Shown here in pieces: positions 36,506 through 45,017 of a stretch of 64,000 nt of DNA. The stretch comes from an uncultured Acidimicrobiales bacterium (GTDB taxonomy: Bacteria; Actinomycetota; Acidimicrobiia; Acidimicrobiales; SHLQ01). How positions within the stretch are numbered: the stretch's first letter is position 1; each line of letters starts with the position of its first letter. The notes beneath the pieces were generated by a model. That model had not been told where the DNA came from. It saw only the letters and a list, made by a program, of their open reading frames with translations, and did not search any database. The position numbers and the translations under genes are program-made. The stretch is taken from positions 8,353-72,352 of the forward strand of contig CAYVHV010000012.1 of NCBI GenBank assembly GCA_964451305.1. The letters are read 5' to 3'.

Positions 36506-37254
36506 TCGCCGGGGTCCACCGAAGCGGGACATCGTGGGTTGCGCGAACGCTCCACGAGGCTGGAATGAACCTCGGAGACGACCTCCTCGGCGACCAACCA
36601 GGCAATCCATACGGTCATTTCGAAGACAACCGCGTCGTTGCATTGCACGATGCCGCGCTCGAAGAACAAGACTTGACATGGAAGAGCACGACTCCGGTCC
36701 AACATCGTTCAGAGTCCGACCTACGTGTTGGTATCGATGCGATCGTACGTGAGCGAAGCAATACGGCGACACCGTGGGCCATAAAGGACCCTCGGCTGTG
36801 CTTGTTTCTTCCGGAATGGCTTGCCGTTGCACCCCAGAGTCGCCTGATCGTCGTCTTTCGCAGACCCGACGAGGTTGTCGAGTCGCTGCGCCGACGACAC
36901 GCCCGGCGATGGGTCCACACTCGCCATGTTGATCCAAGCGATCTTGCCTTTTGGGAACAGCCCGACCTTGGACTGCACCTGTGGGTTCACTACAACGAAC
37001 AACTGCTCATCAGCGCGAGATCAATGGATCCAGGTCACGTGCACGTCATCGAATGGAACACCACCGGCGCGACTTCGAGGCTGGTCTCATCGATCGCCGA
37101 GAAATGGAATCTCGAACTTACGCCGACGACGATTTCCCTAGATCCCACGCTCGGGAAACGTTCCACACGCCCGCTCGAAGTCCATGATCCACGTTTGATC
37201 ACCCGAGCGGAAGCAGCGTGGGCTGGTCTTCAGGAACTGCGAAGCGCTCCATAG
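36490..37254 (+). CDS. Sulfotransferase family protein
   Basis: ORF 36490..37254(+). VLIAGVHRSGTSWVARTL is 5'-PSB-loop-like and VVFRRPDEVVESLRRR is 3'-PB-like (R-x7-S). Overlaps the previous gene by 16 nt. Confidence 0.65.
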   Translation: MHPVLIAGVHRSGTSWVARTLHEAGMNLGDDLLGDQPGNPYGHFEDNRVVALHDAALEEQDLTWKSTTPVQHRSESDLRVGIDAIVRERSNTATPWAIKDPRLCLFLPEWLAVAPQSRLIVVFRRPDEVVESLRRRHARRWVHTRHVDPSDLAFWEQPDLGLHLWVHYNEQLLISARSMDPGHVHVIEWNTTGATSRLVSSIAEKWNLELTPTTISLDPTLGKRSTRPLEVHDPRLITRAEAAWAGLQELRSAP

Positions 37255-37329
37255 TCCACCGGGGCCTATTTTCGTCTCGTTGCAACAGTTCGTCTCAAGT
37301 CATCGAGAGCCGACGCCGATCTCCTCGGT

Positions 37330-37845
37330 ATGGACATGATTGGAGATCGTCGCGGGAAATCACGTCGCAAGATCGTTCTTCTCGATCTCGAAAATATGCT
37401 CTTTGGCGATCACAAGGGCAACGACAACGGCCAGCCACGCGACCGCTCAGCGGAAATTCTTGAACTCGCTCAAGCTCGCCGACCCGGCGACACCATCATC
37501 GTTGGATGCAACCCCCACCTCGTCTTCCTCGCTCACGACCTTTTCCCTGGATCCAAGATCGTGACGGGCAAAGGCAAGGACGGCGCCGACCTCGCATTGA
37601 TCGATGCCCTCGATCTCTCCCGAGCAATCGACCGGTATGACGAACTCTGTATCGTCTCGGGCGATCACCTCTTCTGCGAAGTGGCCCACCCCGCGCACTA
37701 CGCAGGCCTCACGGTGCGCATCGTTGCTCCGCACGCAGGCCTGAGCACTGCACTTCGGGTATACGCCGACACTGCAGTCTTCCTTCCCGAAGAATTTGAT
37801 CCCGAAGCCGACGACGAGCTCGACGCCGGCCCACTCGCCGCCTGA
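37330..37845 (+). CDS. NYN/LabA-like (PIN-fold) domain protein
   Basis: ORF 37330..37845(+). IVLLDLENML..., ...GKGKDGADLALIDAL... and ...LCIVSGDHLF...GLTVRIV match the NYN domain acidic-residue pattern. Confidence 0.7.
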   Translation: MDMIGDRRGKSRRKIVLLDLENMLFGDHKGNDNGQPRDRSAEILELAQARRPGDTIIVGCNPHLVFLAHDLFPGSKIVTGKGKDGADLALIDALDLSRAIDRYDELCIVSGDHLFCEVAHPAHYAGLTVRIVAPHAGLSTALRVYADTAVFLPEEFDPEADDELDAGPLAA

Positions 37846-37920
37846 CCAAGAACGCATCAGCGCCGAACGGCCTCCAAATTTCGTCTAAGGGCAACCGCTT
37901 CCAAGGCCGATGCCACTTGG

Positions 37921-38286
37921 ATGGAACGGCGCCTATTTCATCGTGAGAGCATTGCAATGAATGGCGACCTTTCATGGGTAACCAAAGGGCGCCTCGGCCG
38001 CAAGCAAACGCAGCGTTCGTATGTGAGAACCCTCAACCTGTCCCTCGATGGCGCCCGTATCGAGCTGAAGGGCCACTACCCGTTCCTCGTCGACGCGGTC
38101 GCTCGAATACAACTTGGGATTCGTTACTGCGACGTGCGCATACTCGACGTCGTACACACAGGCGAGCGCACGATCTTGCGTATCTTCTTCATCTCACCAG
38201 ACCCAGACTTCGTGTCGGTGATAGAGGATCAGCTCCCGTCACTCACCGCAGATCGTGAGCTCCATGAACGCAAGTGGATGGCCTAA
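37921..38286 (+). CDS. Stand-alone PilZ domain protein (putative c-di-GMP receptor)
   Basis: ORF 37921..38286(+). RRLFHR at residues 3-8 (RRxxxR) and NLSLDG at 39-44 ((D/N)xSxxG), with canonical ~30-residue spacing. Confidence 0.7.
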   Translation: MERRLFHRESIAMNGDLSWVTKGRLGRKQTQRSYVRTLNLSLDGARIELKGHYPFLVDAVARIQLGIRYCDVRILDVVHTGERTILRIFFISPDPDFVSVIEDQLPSLTADRELHERKWMA

Positions 38287-38948
38287 CGCTTCTTCGGCCG
38301 ATTCATCTTTGCTTCGAGTGTGACCTGCTTCTTTGTCGCAGCCCACGAGCAGATCGGGCACTCCTCAAGATCGTGATAGCGGGCCGGGCAATACTCTCGC
38401 CCGAAGAAGATGATTTGCAGGTGCCTCCGGTTCCACGTGTCCTCGGGGAATACTGCCTTTAGGTCTTTCTCGGTTCGTTCGACCGTCGTCCCGTTCGAGA
38501 GGCCCCACCGATTCGCGAGGCGATGAATGTGGGTATCGACGGCGAAGGCAGGCACATCGAACGCACCGGCCATAACGACGCTCGCTGTCTTGTGCCCCAC
38601 TCCGGCGAGTGACTCAAGGAAATCCCAGTCCGGAATGATCTCTCCCCCCGCATCGACGATCTGGTGGGCCATCGTCGACAAGTTCCGGGCTTTGGTCGGA
38701 GCGAGACCGATCTGCTTGATCAACGACAGAATCTCGTCTGGATGCAGCGCAGCCATCTTTTCGGGGGTGTCCGCGACCGCGAAGAGCCCCGGCGTCACCT
38801 CGTTGACCTTCTTGTCGGTGGTTTGAGCGGACAGAGCGACAGCGACCACCAGCGTGTACGGGTCGTGATGGTCGAGAGGAACAGGGGTCTCGGGATACAG
38901 ATCGTCCAACATCACGCCGATGCGGTCCGCTTTCTCAGCACGTTTCAT
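38283..38948 (-). CDS. nth: Endonuclease III (HhH-GPD family)
   Basis: ORF 38283..39257(-) trimmed to ATG 38948. ...DPYTLVVAVALSAQTTDKKVN...LAGVGHKTASVV...AVDTHIHRLANRWG gives the HhH plus catalytic Lys/Asp pattern. Cys-rich C-terminal loop CPARYHDLEECPIC. Confidence 0.85.
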   Translation of the reverse strand: MKRAEKADRIGVMLDDLYPETPVPLDHHDPYTLVVAVALSAQTTDKKVNEVTPGLFAVADTPEKMAALHPDEILSLIKQIGLAPTKARNLSTMAHQIVDAGGEIIPDWDFLESLAGVGHKTASVVMAGAFDVPAFAVDTHIHRLANRWGLSNGTTVERTEKDLKAVFPEDTWNRRHLQIIFFGREYCPARYHDLEECPICSWAATKKQVTLEAKMNRPKKR

Positions 38949-39041
38949 GCCCCGCACCCTACCCAGCACCAGATCGACGGAACGAAGAAGTTCACCTCGG
39001 TGGGTGTGCAAACCAGGGAACACTGTCGGCAAACTAGAGGG

Positions 39042-40025
39042 ATGACGCCCCTCGAAGTTCTTCCGCGAGAAGGAGCCGGTGCCGAAGTACTCGGGGTTGA
39101 TGTGTCCGCCATGACCGTCGGCGAATGGAACCAGATCGAAGCGGCCTTCGCCGCGTTCGGTCTCCTGGTATTCCGAGACCAGATTCTGACCGAGCGCGAC
39201 CACGTCGAATTCGCGCAACGTTGGGGGGCTCCCGTTCCCCCTGACCGTCGGGCGCATCCGACCGAGCCTGAAATCGCCGTTCGGGATGCAACGTCACCCT
39301 CGGAACCAGGGAGCCAGAGCACACAAGGGGTCTGGTACGCCGATCGAAGCTATGCCTTGCGCCCACCACTCGGATCGGTCGAGATCGCTCGAGAGATTCC
39401 AGCCGGTGGGGCAACGACCATCTTTGCCGACACGCACGCCGCATTCGACACGTTGAGCAGCGGCACGCAGCGGGCGTTGGAAGCGCTCCGTGCGGTCCAT
39501 ACACACCCGGTACCCGGTGGTGATGTTGAGGAATCTCGACATCCAATTGTGATCCACCACCCGGTGAGTGGTCGAAAGACGCTCTTCGTCAATCCAACAT
39601 TCACCACGAGCGTCGAAGACATGGACGAACGAGAAGGCCTTGGACTGCTCAACCAGTTGTACGACCATTGCCAGCAGCCCGAGTTTCTGACCACGGTCGA
39701 ATGGGAACTTGGAATGGTCGTCATATGGGACAGTCGAGCGGTCTGGGAATTCTCTCCTCGTGCAACCGACCAGCCGACCATGCACCGGGTCACGATCTCT
39801 GGCACCGAGCTACGACCCGCAATCGCCCCTGCAAAGAAGGACCCGACGCTCACCCAACGCGCTGGAGCGACCCTCGCCGGAGGCATTCTGACAGCAGCGA
39901 TGACCGGCATTGCCGAGGTGATCGACCCCGAACGGGTCAAACACGACATCGAAATTGTGAGTGAGGCACCCGAGCCCGATGACCTCCCCGATTTCGACTT
40001 TGGTGAGCTCCCCCCACTGGACTAA
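39042..40025 (+). CDS. TauD/TfdA-family protein with non-canonical metal-site residues
   Basis: ORF 38664..40025(+) trimmed to ATG 39042 (after AGAGGG). Collinear with my recollection of E. coli TauD. WYAD replaces WHTD, IWDSRAVWEF replaces IWDNRVTQHY, and MHRVTISG matches MHRATILG. Confidence 0.75.
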   Translation: MTPLEVLPREGAGAEVLGVDVSAMTVGEWNQIEAAFAAFGLLVFRDQILTERDHVEFAQRWGAPVPPDRRAHPTEPEIAVRDATSPSEPGSQSTQGVWYADRSYALRPPLGSVEIAREIPAGGATTIFADTHAAFDTLSSGTQRALEALRAVHTHPVPGGDVEESRHPIVIHHPVSGRKTLFVNPTFTTSVEDMDEREGLGLLNQLYDHCQQPEFLTTVEWELGMVVIWDSRAVWEFSPRATDQPTMHRVTISGTELRPAIAPAKKDPTLTQRAGATLAGGILTAAMTGIAEVIDPERVKHDIEIVSEAPEPDDLPDFDFGELPPLD

Positions 40026-40029
40026 CCGG

Positions 40030-40905
40030 CTAGCCGACGCGCCCGACCGGCGATCCCCAACGCTGACGAAGTGCATCGAGGATCGCTGCTTTACGAGCGC
40101 TCGCCGACCAGTAGGGCGTTCGACGCTTCGGATCGATTGCACCGGCGAGCAATTGCCAGATCATCAACGCGAACCGCATAGCGGCCTTGCGTCGACCGAA
40201 TTGTCGAGACATCAAGAGAATCGTGTTGCGTTCCATCAAATACTCGACGGTTGGAGACGGCGTGCTCACCATGGGGTTCTCGACCATTGCGCCGCGAACC
40301 AATCCCACGTCGAAGCCCGCCTTCTTTGCGCGCAAACCTAGGTCGGCTTCCTCGCAATACGCGAAGTAGCGCTCATCGAACAGCCCGATGGTCGACAAGC
40401 ACGTACGGCTTGCCATCATCATCGTTCCATGTGGGTAGTCGACCTCTTCAAAGCCAACGTCACCGGCGGCAGGAACGAGAATCGGGCCAAAGACATGGTC
40501 GACGAATGGGCGCAGTCCATCACCAACATCGGCACTCAACAACCCCGCGTCCGGATGCTCGTCTGCAGCGCGAAGCATCATCGAGAGCGTGTCGGGAGCC
40601 GGCAGCGCGTCGTGCGGGGCAACAACGGACCACTCGCCTCCGGATTCGTCGCGTAACCATTGTTCCCAGCCGCGATTCGCAGCGGGTCCAAAGCCACTGT
40701 TGAAACCGACCTCGATTAGGGAGAGATCACGCTCTGAGATTGCGGCGAGACGTTCGTGTAGCTCCCGTTGGTTCTCCGCTGTCGAGCCGTTGTCGACGAT
40801 CACCACCCGAGCGACCTCGGGCAACGCCGAGAACCTTCGAGCGGTTTGAGCGCACGAGCGTGGTTGGTTCCAATGAATGAGGATGACCGTTACGGACGCC
40901 TGCAT
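40030..40905 (-). CDS. Glycosyltransferase family 2
   Basis: ORF 40030..40944(-). VTVILIHWNQP...RVVIVDNGSTAENQ...LSADVGDG... is the GT-A fold with a DxD-like region. Start taken at the internal ATG 40905. Confidence 0.75.
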   Translation of the reverse strand: MQASVTVILIHWNQPRSCAQTARRFSALPEVARVVIVDNGSTAENQRELHERLAAISERDLSLIEVGFNSGFGPAANRGWEQWLRDESGGEWSVVAPHDALPAPDTLSMMLRAADEHPDAGLLSADVGDGLRPFVDHVFGPILVPAAGDVGFEEVDYPHGTMMMASRTCLSTIGLFDERYFAYCEEADLGLRAKKAGFDVGLVRGAMVENPMVSTPSPTVEYLMERNTILLMSRQFGRRKAAMRFALMIWQLLAGAIDPKRRTPYWSASARKAAILDALRQRWGSPVGRVG

Positions 40906-40915
40906 CCTCTGGAAG

Positions 40916-41941
40916 CTACCGGATTGGTCGAAGCCCGGTAACAACGATCGACGTATCGAGATCTTTGAGTTGCTCGGTGAGCCGAAGTATGACGTCGTTG
41001 CCGAGATCGCTCACGCCCATGTCGGCGGCGACCTGCATGTCATTGCGAGCCGACAGCTGATCGAGCTCGGAGCCATGTGGAGTGAACGAGAGAACATCGA
41101 GTTCGACCTCGCCGTCTTGACCAATCGCTCCGGCTAACCCTGCGAGGAGCGGAACGAAGACTTGGATCTCGCCCGAGTCGTCGTGAAAGGTGCCAACGCA
41201 GCCGCGAATTGGTCCGCCGCAAACAGTATTTGAGTAGTAGCCCCGAAGCGTGGCACGAACACCCGGGTTCGCTTGACGATCGGTCTTGAACTCGTCGACG
41301 GTGTGGCTGGGTCCGCGTAGGTTGAAATGGTCGGGAGGAAGCCCGTCAGCTGATAACCAATGCGCCGGAAAGCGGCTTCGATCGACCGATTCGATACGAC
41401 GAGGCGCCGAAGCTGACACGAACTCGCGAACCTCTCGGGTTGCTAGCGCCTCGAGATGGGTTCGGTGAAGACCGCCGCGGGCGGTATCGACGAGGTCGCG
41501 TTCGAAGGCCAATGCGAGCAGATCGAAGAGTCCGGACATGCCAAATGCCCACAGGTCGACGTGGCTGTCGTTGTCCTCACCGCGAAAGATCCGTCCACCG
41601 GGGTGCGATGCCGATGCGAGTTCGATCCAGAGACGGGTGTTCGCCCAATCCGCTATCGGCAAGAGGACCGCTGGCGCGATCGGACGTTCCCTCTCACGCT
41701 GTTCGAGCAGCGCGTGGATTGGGATGAACCCCTCGAGGCATGGCCACTGGACCGTCGAAGGATCCCACGTATTCCAGAAAGAACGCAGTTCCATCGGCAG
41801 GCGCAAGGGGGCGATTGCCTCCTCGATCTCACCGATGTGCCGACGGTGCTTGGAACGACGCGACCAAGGCCGTATCGATACGCCGTATGGTCGGCCTGAG
41901 AAATTAAGGCGTTCGATCGCCTCGTCTACCAAGATCATCAC
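40916..41941 (-). CDS. Hypothetical protein with SMI1/KNR4 (SUKH)-like N-terminal region
   Basis: ORF 40916..41941(-). ...IEEAIAPLRLPMELRSFWNTWD...LLPIADWANTRLWIEL... resembles the SUKH pattern. The C-terminal ~170 aa are unassigned. Confidence 0.4.
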   Translation of the reverse strand: MMILVDEAIERLNFSGRPYGVSIRPWSRRSKHRRHIGEIEEAIAPLRLPMELRSFWNTWDPSTVQWPCLEGFIPIHALLEQRERERPIAPAVLLPIADWANTRLWIELASASHPGGRIFRGEDNDSHVDLWAFGMSGLFDLLALAFERDLVDTARGGLHRTHLEALATREVREFVSASAPRRIESVDRSRFPAHWLSADGLPPDHFNLRGPSHTVDEFKTDRQANPGVRATLRGYYSNTVCGGPIRGCVGTFHDDSGEIQVFVPLLAGLAGAIGQDGEVELDVLSFTPHGSELDQLSARNDMQVAADMGVSDLGNDVILRLTEQLKDLDTSIVVTGLRPIR

Positions 41942-41995
41942 ACGAGGAATCGGCGTGGAAAAGCGTCGCCTTTACCCATTGTCCAAGATTTTGGG

Positions 41996-42406
41996 TCAGA
42001 CAAATCCGCGGCGAATTCGAAGCGACGACCACGCCCACTGCGACAGCGGTATGACGACCACCGCTGGCGCAAACGCAGCGACGCACAATCCGTACCAAAC
42101 AATGTGTGGCGCCGAGTCAGCACTGAGCGATGCATCTCCGAATTCGACCCAACTCAGCACGAAGAACGCAGCGCTGAGCCCGAGCGAGATCCCGGCGCGC
42201 TCGCTCCATTGATCATCGCTTGCAAGACGCGAGGCAGCAAAGACGGATGCGACGACCATGATGACCCCGACACCGCTGCCGTTGTTGTCGATCGTTGCTG
42301 GGTTCCCATCGATGTACCGAGCAACGACATACGAAGCCCACGCAGCGAACGGGATGAAAACACTCGCCGCAACCAATCGGAGAATCCGCCCTGGAGTTCC
42401 ACTCAT
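41996..42406 (-). CDS. Hypothetical membrane protein (4 predicted TM)
   Basis: ORF 41996..42406(-). Four hydrophobic segments; no motif recognised. Confidence 0.5.
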   Translation of the reverse strand: MSGTPGRILRLVAASVFIPFAAWASYVVARYIDGNPATIDNNGSGVGVIMVVASVFAASRLASDDQWSERAGISLGLSAAFFVLSWVEFGDASLSADSAPHIVWYGLCVAAFAPAVVVIPLSQWAWSSLRIRRGFV

Positions 42407-42584
42407 TCCTCCACGCTCTCACCCTTGGGCGACCACCGCTAGGGTCGCCCGGCCCACCGATTCGTGGCGTCTGAACTTGCATTCGACCGCGAGTACAACC
42501 TGCGGTACCCTCCCATAAGGCGGTCGAGGAAATGTACTTCCATGACCATGGAATTCATTCGTCACAATACGAGGTCAAACACTT

Positions 42585-44057
42585 ATGAAGGTTCAATCCC
42601 CCCGGCGAGGGAAGAAACTCGCCTCCGCCCTGCTTACTGCCGGTGTTGTCGGCGCGACGCTGGTCGCTCCCACGTCCGCAGTTGGCGCTCAGACAGCAAC
42701 CTCGTGCGGAACCGCTCCGGCTGGGTACAACGTCATCGAATCCAATGCCCGCATCATTCGCGGCACGACCGGACCAGACTTCATCTGTGCTGGCCCGGGT
42801 AACAACATCATTCGCGCAATGGGCCAAGACGACATCATCTTTGGTGGCGACGGCATCGACGTGATCTTTGGCGGATTCGGCAATGACACCATCGATGGTG
42901 GCGCAGGCGACGACCGAATCACCGCAGGTTCCGGCCTCGACACCGTGAACGCTGGGCCCGGCAATGACACTGTTCTTGCAGGCAATGGCCCCGACGTCGT
43001 CGATGGCGGCGCAGGCGCCGACCAATTGACCGGCGGCAACGGCAACGACACGCTCTCCGGTGGTGTCGGCAACGACCGACTCATCGGCAACATGGGCCTC
43101 GACACCTTGATTGGAAACGACGGCCGGGACACGCTTCAGGGCGGCATCGGCAACGACCGGATCATCGGCGGAAACGGCCATGACAATCTCAACGGTGGCG
43201 ACAGCGACGATGTCCTCTTCGGCGGCAACGGCAACGACCTCCTTCAGGGTGGTAACGGCGAAGATCAGCTCACCGGCGGCAACGGCAACGACGATCTCCG
43301 AGGACAGGGCAACCCCGACATCCTTCGGGGAAACAACGGTGACGACATCTTGAACGGTGGCAACGGCCTCAACACCGCTGTCGGCGGAGATGGCGCCGAC
43401 GTGTGCTTTAATGCAGCCGGCGACGGAACGAGCTGTGAGTCCCTCGACGGTGTGGTACTCGCTGAACCTTCTCAGGTCATCATCGCAACCTTCCCTAACG
43501 AAATCGGGGGCTTGGCGACGATCACTGGTCAGAACTGGCGAGTGAACCCATCGTTCCCACTCGAAGCAGACATTCGTGTCACCATCCCTGGCCTTCAGCC
43601 AGGCTCGGCAACGATCGTCGACGGTAGCTGGGCAGTTACAGCGCCATCGTCGTTCGCATTCGGCACGGACATCACCGCCACCAACCTGAGCACGACCCAG
43701 GTGCTCGATCAGGCGCTTGAGAGCTTCGACTACAACCCACGGACCCGGGATCTCACGGTCACGGGCGAGACGGATGCGACCGTCCGAGTGCTTGTCTACA
43801 ACAACGCTGACGAGCTCGTGTTTGTCGAGCAGATCACCTTCGATGCGGCTGGAAACGGTGAGGCGAACTTCACCGAGGTTGCAAACATTGGGTCGATCGA
43901 TATCTCCCGACAGGATTCTGACGGCGACATTGCGGTGTACCTCGATGTGCACCGCGATCCGGTAGATCTGACCGCTCCAGCTGCACCACAAGATGATGCG
44001 GCCGACGACGACGAAGAGATCGAAGATACCCCCGAGGACATCCCCGACGAGGTATAG
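42585..44057 (+). CDS. Secreted calcium-binding RTX-type (GGxGxD nonapeptide) repeat protein
   Basis: ORF 42585..44057(+). Signal peptide MKVQSPRRGKKLASALLTAGVVGATLVAPTSAVGA, then roughly 20 consecutive nonapeptides (GGNGNDTLS GGVGNDRLI ...). These are followed by ~200 aa of non-repeat sequence and an acidic tail DDAADDDEEIEDTPEDIPDEV. Confidence 0.85.
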   Translation: MKVQSPRRGKKLASALLTAGVVGATLVAPTSAVGAQTATSCGTAPAGYNVIESNARIIRGTTGPDFICAGPGNNIIRAMGQDDIIFGGDGIDVIFGGFGNDTIDGGAGDDRITAGSGLDTVNAGPGNDTVLAGNGPDVVDGGAGADQLTGGNGNDTLSGGVGNDRLIGNMGLDTLIGNDGRDTLQGGIGNDRIIGGNGHDNLNGGDSDDVLFGGNGNDLLQGGNGEDQLTGGNGNDDLRGQGNPDILRGNNGDDILNGGNGLNTAVGGDGADVCFNAAGDGTSCESLDGVVLAEPSQVIIATFPNEIGGLATITGQNWRVNPSFPLEADIRVTIPGLQPGSATIVDGSWAVTAPSSFAFGTDITATNLSTTQVLDQALESFDYNPRTRDLTVTGETDATVRVLVYNNADELVFVEQITFDAAGNGEANFTEVANIGSIDISRQDSDGDIAVYLDVHRDPVDLTAPAAPQDDAADDDEEIEDTPEDIPDEV

Positions 44058-44078
44058 CCCGACGCCTACTATGGCGCT

Positions 44079-44993
44079 GTGACGTCGCCACAGCCGAAAC
44101 GACTCATCTGGGTTGTTCCGGCTGTGGCTTTCGTCATTTTTGGGTTCGCTGGGCCTGCTACACAGGTTGACGGTCTTGCCCAAGAGGCGACAAAGATCGT
44201 TGTCGAAGCAACTGCGACATCGATCTCAAAGGAGACTGCGATAGCCCCGGCCGTCCCAGAGCCTCAGGTCCTTGGCGAAGCACAGATTGCTGGACCCACG
44301 ACGACACAACCCGCTCCCGTCACCCCGACAGCCCCTCCGGCTCCAACCCGACCCGATCGAGCAGAGTTGACCCCAGCCCAGCTCGCCGATCGCAGGCTTG
44401 ATACCTTCGATGCGCTGGACCCTCCAATCGACGACGTCTTTGTCTCGACGGTCGAATCGCCGGCCCCTCTGGATGTCATCGCACGAAGCACATGGAACCC
44501 GGAGTGCCCTGTTAGCCCGGCCGACCTGTCGTATGCACAAGTGTCCTTCTACGGCTTCGACGGCCGCTTCCATACCGGTGAGCTGTTGCTCCACTCCGAG
44601 TACGCAGACGATATTGTCGGGATCTTTGCTCGACTGCACGAGATGCGATTCCCGATTGAAGAGATGCGCGTGGTGTCACTAGATGACTTCGCAAACCCGA
44701 TCGCCACCGAGAACAACACGACGGTCTTCACCTGTCGACGATCGGTGTCTTCGTCACGTTGGTCGCGCCACGCCCACGGCGATGCCATCGATATCAACCC
44801 ATTCCACAATCCGTACGTATCGAACAGCCGTGTCATTCCTGAACTGGCAACCGCCTACGTCGACCGCGATCGTGAAGTCCCTGGTCTCATCAACGCCGAA
44901 GTGCGGGCGATGTTCAGCGAGATCGGCTGGGGTTGGGGCGGCAACTGGAATTCCGTCAAAGACTGGATGCACTTCAGCGCAACGGGCAGGTAA
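44079..44993 (+). CDS. M15-family (VanY/LD-carboxypeptidase-like) peptidoglycan peptidase, membrane-anchored
   Basis: ORF 44079..44993(+). N-terminal TM LIWVVPAVAFVIFGFAG, then ...SRHAHGDAIDINP... (H-x6-D) and ...DWMHFSATG (distal His). GTG start. Confidence 0.75.
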   Translation: MTSPQPKRLIWVVPAVAFVIFGFAGPATQVDGLAQEATKIVVEATATSISKETAIAPAVPEPQVLGEAQIAGPTTTQPAPVTPTAPPAPTRPDRAELTPAQLADRRLDTFDALDPPIDDVFVSTVESPAPLDVIARSTWNPECPVSPADLSYAQVSFYGFDGRFHTGELLLHSEYADDIVGIFARLHEMRFPIEEMRVVSLDDFANPIATENNTTVFTCRRSVSSSRWSRHAHGDAIDINPFHNPYVSNSRVIPELATAYVDRDREVPGLINAEVRAMFSEIGWGWGGNWNSVKDWMHFSATGR

Positions 44994-45017
44994 CGCGCTC
45001 GACGCGCGCCGACCGGC

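Noticed and set aside
42830-43400. Regular short-period repeats that could be mistaken for a CRISPR-like or satellite array
   Set aside because: The period is 27 bp with no spacer/repeat alternation. It lies inside an open reading frame encoding RTX nonapeptides.
42555-44183. 542-aa minus-strand ORF opposite the RTX-repeat gene
   Set aside because: It mirrors the 27-bp periodic repeat (giving VVA/VAV-type repeats), has no start context or signal, and extends across two plus-strand genes. The plus strand encodes canonical GGxGxD nonapeptides with a signal peptide.
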